From Octopus sinensis (Eukaryota): a DNA stretch of 64,000 nt. Shown here one piece after another: positions 1 through 11,700 of the stretch. The translations under genes were made by a program, and so were the position numbers. Positions within the stretch are counted from its first letter, which is position 1. Each line of letters opens with the position of its first letter. The stretch covers positions 26,102,001 through 26,166,000 of the forward strand of contig NC_043007.1 in NCBI RefSeq assembly GCF_006345805.1, written 5' to 3'. Below the pieces are notes generated by a model that saw only the letters and a list, made by a program, of their open reading frames with translations, ran no database searches and was not told the origin of the DNA.

Positions 1-240
1 TAAGTGACGGGCACATAAACACACCAGCATCGGTTGTCAATCAATGCTAGGGGGATAAACATAGACAGACACACACACACATACATGACGGGCTTCTTTC
101 AGTTTCCATCTACCAAATCCACTTACAAGGCTTTGGTCGGCCCGAGGCTATAGTAGAAGACACTTGCCCAAAATGTCACGCAGTGGGACTGAACCCGGAA
201 CCATGTGGTTGGTAAGCAAGCTACTTACCACACAGCCACA
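1..240 (-). mobile_element. tRNA-derived CORE-type SINE (family A), partial. Other copies approx. 5022-5386(-), 7060-7454(-), 8382-8760(-), 10834-11195(+), 23101-23225(+), 23732-24130(+), 39180-39600(-), 48951-49370(-), 56935-57265(-)
   Basis: Recurrent ~400-450 bp unit: GGAGTGGCTGTGTGGTAAG (A-box-like), GGTTCAGTCCC (B-box-like), GGCACCTTGGGCAAGTG (CORE-like), internal (TA)n/(TG)n and a (TAAAAGAG)n tail. Confidence 0.85.
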
Positions 241-1149
241 AAGATGTATACAGAATCATATCAATATAGTTATAGACTCACTATGAAATTTCAGGTAGTT
301 TGAAAGAAGGATTAAACCAACTGGTTTTGTTCTTATTGCTTACTTGGATCACTTACCTATGCCTTCTGAGCTGCCAAACAATAGTAGTAAAGAGCTAATT
401 ATTGAAATGCTAACTAAGAAGAGCAATACCCATGATGGTTTTTGTGGGACCTCTGGACCCAGTGGAGAAAAAAAGAAATTATGATTTATGGGTTGTTCCC
501 AGACTAGAGCCCTGATCTGATCATTTGATACAGACCGGACACTAGTAAAGGCACTCAAAGGATAGTGGATTAAGTCTACAGTCCAAGAGCAGAAAGAATT
601 CATTTGACAGGCTTCCATAAGGTTTCTGCCAATGCAGTTTCATTTATGAACTTTTGGTTGACCTGTGCCTGTTATTAAAAGACCCTTGCCCTTTGTGCCA
701 CGCAGTGGGATCAAATCTGGAATCACATGATTGCAAAGAGAGCTTAATGATACTACTTGACTGTCATTTCTGTTGAAAGTTTTGCACTCATCCTGATTTA
801 CCTATGACTAATTAAATCATTTGCATTCAATTAATTAAATCCTAAAAGAAATATTAAGTTTTACGGGCAATGAGGTTCTATTTTTATTCCTTATTCTTTT
901 GTAGCATCCTCAGCGCTTTAAAATGGAGCTATCAAGCTTTTTATTCTCACTGTAGCATTAGTGCTATTTTAAATAAACTAAAGTAAGCTTACACTCTGTA
1001 GCCTGTTTTTCTTTTATATGTATTTAATTACCTTGGTTGATCACTGACAACACCACCACTACTACCAACAACAACAATAACAACAAATATTATTGTCATT
1101 AGGTTTAAGTTCATTTCCCCATTCAGCCATGTCTGAATGAGTTTTCAAA

Positions 1150-1510
1150 ACAACATGCCAGTGGCACATAAAAGGCACCATTCGAGTGTGATCATTACCA
1201 GTGTCACCTTACTGACACTTGTTTGGCAGCTCAGAAACTGCATTGTCAGAAACTTGTGCCAGTGGCATGTGTAAAAAGATTTGAGCGAGGTCATTGCCAG
1301 TACCGCCTGACTGGCCCCCGTGCTGGTGGCACGTAAAAGCACCCACTACGCTCTCGGAGTGGTTGGTGTTAGGAAGAGCATCCAGCTGTAGAAACTCTGC
1401 CAAATCAAGATTGGAGCCTGGTGCAGCCATCTGGTTTGCCAGCCCTCAGTCAAAATCGCTCAACCCATGCTAGCATGGAAAGCGGACGTTAAACGATGAT
1501 GATGATGATG
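1150..1510 (+). mobile_element. (GAT)n-tailed retroposon 3' module (family B). Other copies approx. 2704-2903(-), 15316-15635(+), 18337-18510(+), 22165-22557(+), 29325-29475(-), 33848-34103(-), 35840-36090(+), 37775-38285(-), 40045-40412(-), 41081-41410(+), 43345-43835(+), 58705-59105(+), 63960-64000(-)
   Basis: Shared GGCACGTAAAAAGCACCCACTAC...GTTAGGAAGGGCATCCAGCTGTAGAAAC...CATGCTAGCATGGAAAGCGGACGTTAAACGATGATGAT; variable 5' truncation. Confidence 0.9.
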
Positions 1511-2049
1511 TGTGTCCAGTGTCTTTCAACCAGACATGTTTGCTACACCAATGGTACTTGTTATTTTGGCCATGGCTTTTCATGACATTAAAAATTATAA
1601 TGTTTTGGTTAGCAATCAAATACTTTGACATGAGCCAAATTTCAAGATGCTTATCTATTGAAGTTATTTAAATTTATTAATGGTGAAAGAGAATTAGACG
1701 AAAAGATTGATAGAAACTGATAGCTTTGTTCTTGTAGCATAATTTGAATACTTTTGAAACGTACAGTATTAAATATACTATTGTTTAGTACATGAGTACT
1801 GAATTGTGACGTGATGTGTGTGTGTATTGCTTCCACACATGGAAATATTGTGGAAGTGGAAGGTTGTCAAATGTACAGTGAGCGATAGAAGTAGTAAAAT
1901 GAAAATGAGTAGTACAATGAGGTGTTCATCACACTGCCCTGACTGGCAAACAAGGAATAGGTGAACAAGAGAATTAAAGATAAGTGGGTTCGAATAAAAG
2001 GCTAGGTTTATGTTGCTCTAGGGACAATGAAAAATAGGAATAATCTTAA

Positions 2050-2418
2050 TCTGTATATATAAAGCTGAAGTTGTCTGTGTGTGGCAGGTTTGGTAGTCTT
2101 CAACTAACACTATCTCCTCCGAAACCCTGCGGCGCAAGTTGACCAAAATTGAGAGTATGATAGAAGAAGGCTTGCTCTTCATTCCGTAGAAGATAAAATT
2201 CAAATCAGACCAGGTTAAGACCAAAAATTATTTAATCAGAAAGGTACTTTTTTTCTATGAAAATCCCTATTTTTAATGATTTTTTGACTGCTGTGTCCCC
2301 ATTTTTTGGTGTATTTCAACCAGAAAAATGTTCACTTACAAGCTACATAATGCAAAATTTTTACTTTTCAAAAATTCCAGTTCTAAAGGGTCGAAACAAA
2401 CCCAAGCAATGCTGCTAG
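2050..2418 (+). mobile_element. Non-autonomous Helitron-like element (family H1)
   Basis: A|TCTGTATATATAAAG 5' end and CTAG|T 3' end, inserted between A and T with no TSD; 3' hairpin degenerate. Confidence 0.6.
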
Positions 2419-3200
2419 TTTCCTTATAAATTAAGCTGAAAATAAGGAAATCTTTATGGACTATGAAGTTTTACGATGATATTGTGAGAGAAGAATTGGA
2501 ATAATGATAATTACATGCAAATTTTCAGTATTTTTAGAAGAATTATATCTTTGTCCATACATTTTTATCACTTTTAATTAACTTTCTATTATTGTCATTA
2601 AGCCATTGATGACCATTAAAATATGTTAGAACTAAAAGAGGAAGGCTATCGTTTTATTGGCGTCTTGTGTGTCTTGTTATTTTTTTGGTAGGTGGTTTCA
2701 TCCTCATCATCATCGTTTAGCGTCTGCTTTCCATGCTAGCATGGGTTGGACGGTTCAACTGGGGTCTGATCTGGCAATGTTTCTACGGCTGGATGCCCTT
2801 CCTAACGCCAACCACTCCGTGAGTGTAGTGGGTGCTTTTTACGTGCCACTGGTACAGGCAAACGGCCACGATCGGATGGTGCTTTTTACGTGCCACCAGC
2901 ACGGACGTACTATAATATTACAAATTAATGGTCACCATCTTTTGGCTAAGATCAAAATGTAAATATTTTATTTTTAAATACAACTTAGTGTCTAAGAAAT
3001 CCATCAGTGCTTAGTGTTTTCACCTGTCATTTGAACAAATGTACCATTCTCAGTTAATAAAACAGCTATCACTTTTGATGACAGGAACACATTTTATATA
3101 CACACATGTGCATGCGAATGCATGTGTTCTGCTGTATCATTAATGAGTAAGATAGTTTTAATGCAGCCATTTAAAGCTCTAATGAGGTTTTATTATTGTT

Positions 3201-3550
3201 AAAGTGGCAAGCTGGCAGAATCGTTAGCATTTTGTCTGTCTTTACATTTTGATTTCTAATTCTGCCGAGCTTGACTGGCTCCCTTGAAATTTTGGACCTT
3301 GTGCCTATAGTAGAAAGGATTATTATTATTATTAAGGTGGCAAGCTGGCAGAATCGTTAGCACACCCTGGGCAAAATGCTTAGTGGCATTTCGCCCATGT
3401 TTATGTTCTGAGTTCAAATTCTGCTGAGGTCAGCTACGCCTTTAATACTTTCGGGATTGATAAATTAAGTAGTAGTGATACACTGGGGGGCAGTGTAATT
3501 GACTAGCTCCCTCCCCTAAAATTTTGGGCCTTGTGCCTTTAGTGGAAAGG

Positions 3551-3594
<44 letters not shown>

Positions 3595-4468
3595 GGTGGT
3601 AGAAACATTAGCACAACAGACAAAATACTCGGCAGCATTTTATCCAGCTTTCATTCTGAGTTCTAGTTCTGCTGAGGTTGACTTTGCGTTTCATTCTTTT
3701 GGGGTTGATAAAATAAGTACCAATTGAGCACTAGGGTTGATGTGATCGATTTATCCCTCTTCTCAAAAACTGCCAGTCCTGTACCAAAATTTGAGACTAT
3801 TAAAGACAGCAAACTGCCAGAACTATTAGCAACTCCAGACAAAATTCTTTAGTGGTATTTCATCCATTTTTACGTTCTGAATTCAAATTCTGCTGAGGTT
3901 GACTTTCCCTTTCATCTTGTCAGAATCAATAAGATAAGTGCTAGTGGATCATTGGGATTGATGTAAATCTACTAGGCCCTCTCCCCCAAAATTTCAGGCC
4001 TTGTGTCTATAGTAGAAAGGACTGCTACTACTACTACTGCTGCTGATATTGCTTCAGCAGTGAGCTGACAGAATTGTTAACATGTTGAACAAAATGCTTA
4101 TTGTTATTTCTTTTGGTTCTTTATGCTCTGAGTTCAGATTCTGCCAAGATTGATCTAGCCTTTCATCCTTTCACGGTCAATAGAATAAATACCAGTTGAG
4201 CTCTTGGGTTCGTGAAAGTGACTTAACCCTTTCCCTTGAAATTGCTGGGCTTGTGCTTAAATTAGAAAGAATTATTATTATAATGTGAAGGCGGCGAGCT
4301 GGCAGGATCGTTAGCATGCTGGGTGAAATGCTTTGCAGTATTTCACCTGCCGCAATGTTCTGAGTTCAAATTCTGCCGAGGTCAACTTTGCCTTTCATCC
4401 TTTCGGGTCGATAAATTAAGTACCAACAAAACCCTGGGTCAATGATATCGACTATCCCTCTCCCCCAA

Positions 4469-4503
<35 letters not shown>

Positions 4504-4955
4504 GGTGACAAGCTGGCAGAATCGTTAGCACACCCTGGGCAAAATGCTTAGTGGCATTTTGTCTATGTTTATGTTCTGAGTTCAAATTCTGCTGAGGTCA
4601 GCTATGCCTTTAATCCTTTCGGGATTGATAAATTAAGTAGTAGTGATACACTGGGGGTCAGTGTAATCGACTAGCTCCCTCCCCCAAAATTTCAGGCCTT
4701 GTGCCTATAGTAGAAAGGATTATTATTATAAGGTGGTGAGCTAGCAAAATCATTAACACACTAGACAAAATGCTTAGCAGCATTTCTTCCAGCTCCTTAT
4801 GTTCTGTGTTCAAATACTACTGAGGTGAACTCTGACTTTCATTCTTGCAGTGGCAATAAAATAAAGTACCAGTGAAATACTTGGTGGTCGGGGTTGATGT
4901 AATCAACTTCTCCAACCACCTAAAATTGCTGGCTGTGTGCCAAAATTTGAAACAG
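3201..4955 (+). repeat. Head-to-tail array of 8 tRNA-derived SINEs (family C). Dispersed copies approx. 17547-17781(+), 20205-20430(-), 38643-38875(+), 42160-42330(+)
   Basis: Units start near 3201, 3334, 3593, 3802, 4056, 4288, 4502 and 4730 with AAGGYGGCRAGCTGGCAGAA, carry GAGTTCAAATTC and GCCTTTCATCCTTTCGGGGTCGATAAA, and end in (ATT)n. Confidence 0.85.
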
Positions 4956-5524
4956 ATATTCTTCTTGAGTATTGAGCCTCATAACATTGGCAACAAATTT
5001 TTGTTAATACGTTGATATACATTACTCATTTACTTGTTTCAGTCATTTAACTGCAGCCATGCTCGAGCACCACCCTTAGTCGAGGAAATCGACCACAGGA
5101 CTTATTCTTTGTAAGCCTAGCCCTTATTCTACCGGTCTATTTTTGCCGAAACGCTAAGTAACGGGGACGTAAACACACCAGCATTGGTTGTCAAGCGATG
5201 TGGGATGGGGGACAAACACACACACACACGATGGGCTTCTTTCAGTTTCCGTTTACCAAATCCACTCACAAGGCTTTGGTCGGCCCGAGGCTATAGTAGA
5301 AGACACTTGCCCAAGGTGCCACACAGTGGGACTGAACCCAGAACCATGTAGTTGGTAAGCAAGCTACTTACCACACAGCCACTCCTGTTAGAAAATTGAA
5401 GTAAAACAAAATTACCATGTCTGCTTTTCTTGATTCTTGATTTTGTTGCTTGTCTTGGAGTTTTTTCTTTTTTAAAATATTCTTGACTGTAATATTTATA
5501 TATACTTTTTGTTTTCTACACCAG

Positions 5525-5705
5525 CCTGGCCGCAGAAGAGTCTATAGTATGGAGCCACGGACACCTCTTAAAAGACAGAGAATACCTGTTCAACGATTTC
5601 AGTCACCTGTACTCGAAGAAGGTGCACCAAAACCTAAAATTCCCACTGAGGAAAAAATTTTATTGTTCAAAAAGGGATCCTTTCTGGCAGTTAGAAATTC
5701 TGAAG
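5525..5705 (+). CDS. Exon 1 in window (acceptor at 5524, ATG at 5549): MEPRTPLKRQRIPVQRFQSP...SFLAVRNSE
   Basis: Pyrimidine tract plus CAG, donor G|GTATAT, phase 1 matches the next exon. The upstream acceptor implies a further exon 5' of this one. Confidence 0.8.
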
Positions 5706-8700
5706 GTATATTATGATGAAAATGTTTTTGATTATTTACTAACAAGAAAACATTAGCCCTTCCACAGACCTGGTGTTGTTATTGTTTTTTTTTTGTAAAG
5801 CTCCAGGTCATTTCTTATCAAGCAGACCTTAAAACAACAGGCACCCCAATCTCATCCCCCCACTTTTTTTCCTCTTGCAGGTGTAATGTACACTACAGAG
5901 CAATGTTTGTGCATGTGTACTCCCCCCCCCCCGAAAAGTTGGGCATAAGACGCATCAGATGTGTGCAAGAGAGATGACTGCGCTGGTATGGTCATGTGAT
6001 GTGTATGGATGAGGACAGTTGTGTAAAGAAGTGCTGATTTCTAACTGTAGTGGGAACCTGTGGTAGAGGTAGACCCAGGAAGACATGCGACAAAGTGGTG
6101 AAGCTTGATCTTTGAACTTTAGGCCTCACAGAGGCAATGACTAGTGACCGTGACCTTTGGCGATATACCTGTGCTTGAGAAGACCTGTCAAGCCAAGTAG
6201 CTGGCACTCATGCTGGTGGCACATAAAAAGAACTTTTCAAGCGTTGGATCTCACAGAGGCAAAGTGGTCAATGCTGGTGGCATGTGAAAAGCTCCTTTCA
6301 AGTGTTGGGGCCTCACAAAGGCAATAACTGAGATCTTTGGCATTAGATACTGGTGTCACACAGATGGCACCTGTGCTGGTGGCACGTAAAAGCACCCATT
6401 ACACTCTTGGAGTGGTTGGTGTTAGGAAGGGCTAACAGCCGTAGAAACCATGACAAATCAGATTGGAATCTGGTGTGACCCTTCAGCTTACCAGCTTCAA
6501 TCAAACCATGTAACCCATACCAGCATGGAAAGCAGATACTAAATGATGATAGATCTGTGTGTGTGTGTGTGCATGCGTGTGTGTGTGTGTGCATGCGTGT
6601 GTATGCACAAGTATGCACGCACACACAAGCTTCTTTCAGTTTCCATCTACCAAATCCACTTTAAGCCTTTGATTGATGCAGGGCTATAATAGAAGGTACT
6701 TGTCCAGGGTGCAGTTATGCAGTGTGACTGCACCCAACACCATGAGCTTGTGAAGTGAACTTCTTTACCATACCACATATATATACATGTGTGTGTGTGT
6801 GTTTATATTTTTAAAATTTATACTAAGATTGAAGATGGCAAGCTGGCAGAATTGTTAATTGGTTGGACAAAATATTTAATGGCTTTTCTTCAGGCTTTAC
6901 AAACTGAGTTCAAATTCTTCTGAGATTGGCTTTGTCTTCCATCGTTCCGTACTTGATAAAATAAGTTCCTGTTGAGCGCTGCGGTTGATGTAAATGACTT
7001 GCACCAAAATTTCAGACCTTGTGCTTATAGTAGAAAGAAAAAAAGTTATCTTGGTTGATACTCTTACTCTTTTACTTGTTTCAGTCATTTGACTGCGGCC
7101 ATGCTGGAGCACCACCTTCAGTCGAGCAAATCGACCCCGGGACTTATTCTTTGTAAGCCCAGTACTTATTCTATTGGTCTCTTTTGCCGAACCGCTAAGT
7201 GACGGGGACGCAAACACACCAGCATCGGTTGTCAAGCAATGCTAGGGGGACAGACACACAAACACACACACATACATACATATATATACATATATACAAC
7301 AGGCTTCTTTCAGTTTCCGTCTACCAAATCCACTCACAAGGCATTGGTCGGCCCGGGGCTATAGCAGAAGACACTTGCCCAAGATGCCACGCAGTGGGAC
7401 TGAACCCGGAACCATGTGGTTGGTTAGCAAGCTACTTACCACACAGCCACTCCTGTGTTTTCCTTGTTTACATAATTCCTAATGTAATAACTAAGTACAT
7501 AAAAATTTCCATCCAGGTTTTATTGAATTGATAACAATTTTAAGTTATAGATGAAAAACAAACCTCTTCTTTGTGTTTAAGTTTTTATTTATTTTACCAA
7601 GGGTGTTTTTATTTTCCATATTCTTTTAGAATTTCTTTGGTGATTGACTTCATACCTTTATTGTTCCAAATAAACCAAGATTTATTAGGAAATATGGCAA
7701 AAAAAAAAAACCCAACAAAAAATAGAACACAGTCACATTTTTAATATAACAATTTCAAAAGAAAGCCTGTTCATATATCCCCATATCTATCCATCTATCC
7801 ATCTATCCATCTATCTATCTATCCCACACATACATATACACATATACTCTCACACAAATACATATAAAGTATCAGTTTAGTTAGTTATCTAAATCTCTTC
7901 AAATTCTAGATTATTCCAAAAATTAATTGAAACACATACATTTTTTTCTTATCAGATGTATAACTGTAAATGAGTTAAACACACCAATGTGGAATTTTGA
8001 TAATGCGTGGACTACACAGGCAGGCAAGCAGGCAGGCAATTACTAATGTAATATTAGTGGTATAAGCTTTATGAGTTGGCCAAAACCTAGAGCAAGTGTG
8101 TATTGAAGTTATAAAAACCACATGCTATATCTATAAACAGTGTTGTTGCATCTGCCATATGCTATGACACGCCTGGCTAAATTCAGACAATGGATAAGAC
8201 TCAGCTATTGCTACTAATTATAAAGAAATAATCAAAACACACACACACACAGCATCTCAAGTATTGAAGGATGCTTATATACATTATTTTGAACATAACT
8301 GTAGTACAAGAAAGGCTTCACTGAGAATATAAATATAGACACAGTGGTATTAACGTGTGTTACAGTGGAAGTAATGTATACTCTTTACCCTTTTACTTGT
8401 TTCAGTCATTTGACTGTGGCCATGCTGGAGCACCGCCTTTAGTCGAGCAAATCGACCCCAGTACTTAAGCCTAGTACTTATTGTATCGGTCTCGTTTGCC
8501 GAACCGCTAAGTTACGGGGACATGAACACACCAGCATTGGTTGTCAAGCGATGTTGGGAGGACAAACACAGACACACAAACACACCCATATATATATATA
8601 TATACATATACACGACAGGCTTCTTTCAGTTTCCGTCTACCAAATCCACTCACAAGGCTTTGGTTGGCCAAAGGCTATAGTAGAAGAGACTTGTCCAAGG

Positions 8701-11700
8701 TGTCACGCAGTGGGACTGAACCTGGAACCATGTGGTTGGTAAACAAGCTTCTTACCACACACACACACATATATATATATTAAAGTAAAATGTATATAAG
8801 TATGTATATATACATGACTGTGTTGTTAAGAAACGATTTCAGGTTCTGTCCCACTGCACAACACTTCAGGCATGTGTCTTTATACTACAGCCTGAGGCTG
8901 ACCAATGCCCTGTGAGTGAATTTTGTAGTCAGAAACCATGTGAAAGCTACCTGTGTGTGTGTATGTAATGTATGTGTGTTTGTCCTCCTCTGCTTGACAA
9001 CCATTGTTGGTTTGTTTATGTCCTTGTAACTTAGCTGTTAGACAAAAGAGATGATAGAATAAGTGCCAGACTTAAAAAGATTAGGTACTGGAGTTGATAT
9101 TTTTTTCTTCTCGGATATAACTCTTCAAGGCGGTGCCCTAGCATGACCGCAGTCCAATGACTGAAACAAGATGAAAGATAAAAATATGATACTGTGAAAT
9201 ATAATCAAAACCTCATCTTAAACAACGGCAAATACTGTGTACTTCAAGATAGAGGCATAGCAAAGTGCCTGTGACAGATTTTGAGTTTGTAACTTTTGAG
9301 TCGGTTATTCCAACAACAGTGGAGCCGTGTATTTATTTGTATTGATTTCTCTTGGATTCAGCTTATTGATCAAGGAATGGTGAGAACGTAGATGATTCGA
9401 GACCTTCCCAAAGGGGTTGGATTGATATTATAACTGAGGTTAGCATAGTTAAAATTAATGTTTCATACTCTACATGTTGCTGTCTTTTTCTTTTCCTTTA
9501 TTGCTTGTGGTAATTGGAAAACCAATATAAAACTATTGTATGTGAAACACTTCAGATGCGCCAGGCTCACATGCATACACATGCACATAATTTTACTGAT
9601 ACTAATAAGGATTTTCTTTTATATGTATGAGAAATCAATATTAACAATAATGATAAAAGGAGAAAAATATCAGATCAATAACATGTTTATATGTTTATTA
9701 CAATATAAATTGAGTCACAAGCTGGCTGTTATTGTATAACTATGCTGTTATATCGTATAATGGCATTTTATAATTGGGTCACTTCATGCATGTAGTGGTA
9801 TCATTACAAATCATCCATCTTCTCATACTGATGATAATAATAATAATAATGGTTTGTAATTTAGGCACAAGGCCAGTAATTTTGAAGGAAAGGAGTGGTG
9901 GTTAAATCAAACCTAGTACTTGGCTGGAATTTATTTTGTTGACCCTGGATGGATTAAAAAGTAAAGTTGACTTTGGTAGGATTTGAACTCGGAATGTAAA
10001 GAGCCAGTTCAAATATTGTGTGACATTTTGTTCAACGCTTTCATTTAGGCTGATGGCCAGTATTGTTTTGGGTGGGAAAAGTCAGCTTGATATCAACTCT
10101 AGTACTTGACTGGTACTTTTTATTATTGTACTCAGAGGAATGAAGAACAAAACTAACTGCAGCAAGATTTGAACCAAGATTGTAAAGAGCTGAAAAAATT
10201 GCGATGAGGAATTTTTTTCTGATGCTTTAATGATTCTGCTCAGTGTACCCTTATCAGACGGGTAGTCATGATGGGTATACTGGGCTTCGTATATTTCACC
10301 CCAGTGTCACTTTGATGGCATGCACTGTTCTCTCGCTCAACAACAACCCTCCTCCTTTAGGCACAAGATCTGAAATTTTGGAGGAGAGGGATAGTTGATT
10401 ACATTGACCCCAGTACTGGAAGGATGAAAGGCAAAGTTCACCTTGGCAGAATTTTAACTCAGAACATAGCGACAAAATACCACTAAGCATTTTGCCAAGT
10501 GTGCTAATACTTGTGCCAGCTTACCACCTTGATAATAGTAATAATCTCAACAACAATAACAATGATAAAAAAAAAAATTTTTTCTAATTGATGTATCAAT
10601 ACCAACAGATGACGATGTTTCTCTAAAAGAAAGAGAGCAACTTTCAAAATGCAAAGATGTGGAAATAGAGGTAACTCAAATGTGGAGCCTAAAAACAGAA
10701 ACAATTCCTATCATCGTAGGCACATTAAGTATGATAAGAAAAAAACAAAAACATTCAGACAAATACATAACAAAATCACCAGGGCATACAGAATATAAAA
10801 TATTGCATACAGAAAATAAAATATAACATGCGCAGGAGTGGCTGTGTGGTAAGTAGTGCTTACCAACCACATGGTTCCGGGTCCAGTCCCACTGTGTGGC
10901 ACCTTGGGCAAGTGTTTTCTACTATAGCCTCGGGCCGACCAAAGCCTTGTGAGTGGATTTGGTAGACGGAAACTGGAAGAAGCCCGTCGTATATATATGT
11001 ATGTATGTGTGTATATGTTGACAACCGATGCTGGTGTGTTTACGTCCCCGTAACTTAGCGGTTCGGCCAAAGAGACCGATAGAATAAGTACTAGGCTTAC
11101 AAAGAATAAGTCCTGGGGTCGATTTGCTCAACTAAAGGCGGTGCTCCAGCATGGCTGCAGTCTAATGACTGAAACAAGTAAAAGAGTAAAAAAGAGTATG
11201 CAGAAAATAATTATATAACATACAGAAAATAGCACTACTAGGCACAGCACACATCCTACGCAAAACACTTTCAATACAGTGGAAATAAGAACAGCATAAC
11301 AAACCACAGTACGTGCCCAAGGCGCACAGAACTGCACTTGGTAGTGCAGTGAAAGCACATGATAAAAATAAGCACTATTGAGTAATAATAATAATGTAAA
11401 TTATAAAATGTATGCTTGAAGGCATGTTTCTTTTTAAAAATATCTCTTTGGTGCATGTAGACTGTAAAAGCAGTAATGAATTACCAATTTCATCAGCACC
11501 ATCATTGTACATAATATTATAGTTGCTGTCGTTTAGCTCCTGTTCATCCCTGATCAAGCAGACCCTATGATCAGAGGCATTTCCGCTGTGACCATCCTCT
11601 ATCTTTTTAGGAGTGTCCAAGACTACATTGGTATATGTGTTCTTCCTTTGTGGGTGGTCACATAATGAGTTGAATTGAATTTATTATTGATTCACTCTCA

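Noticed and set aside
1-5524. Promoter or transcription start of the main gene
   Set aside because: The region is mostly repeats with no recognisable promoter, and the acceptor at 5524 implies the true first exon is elsewhere, probably upstream of the window.
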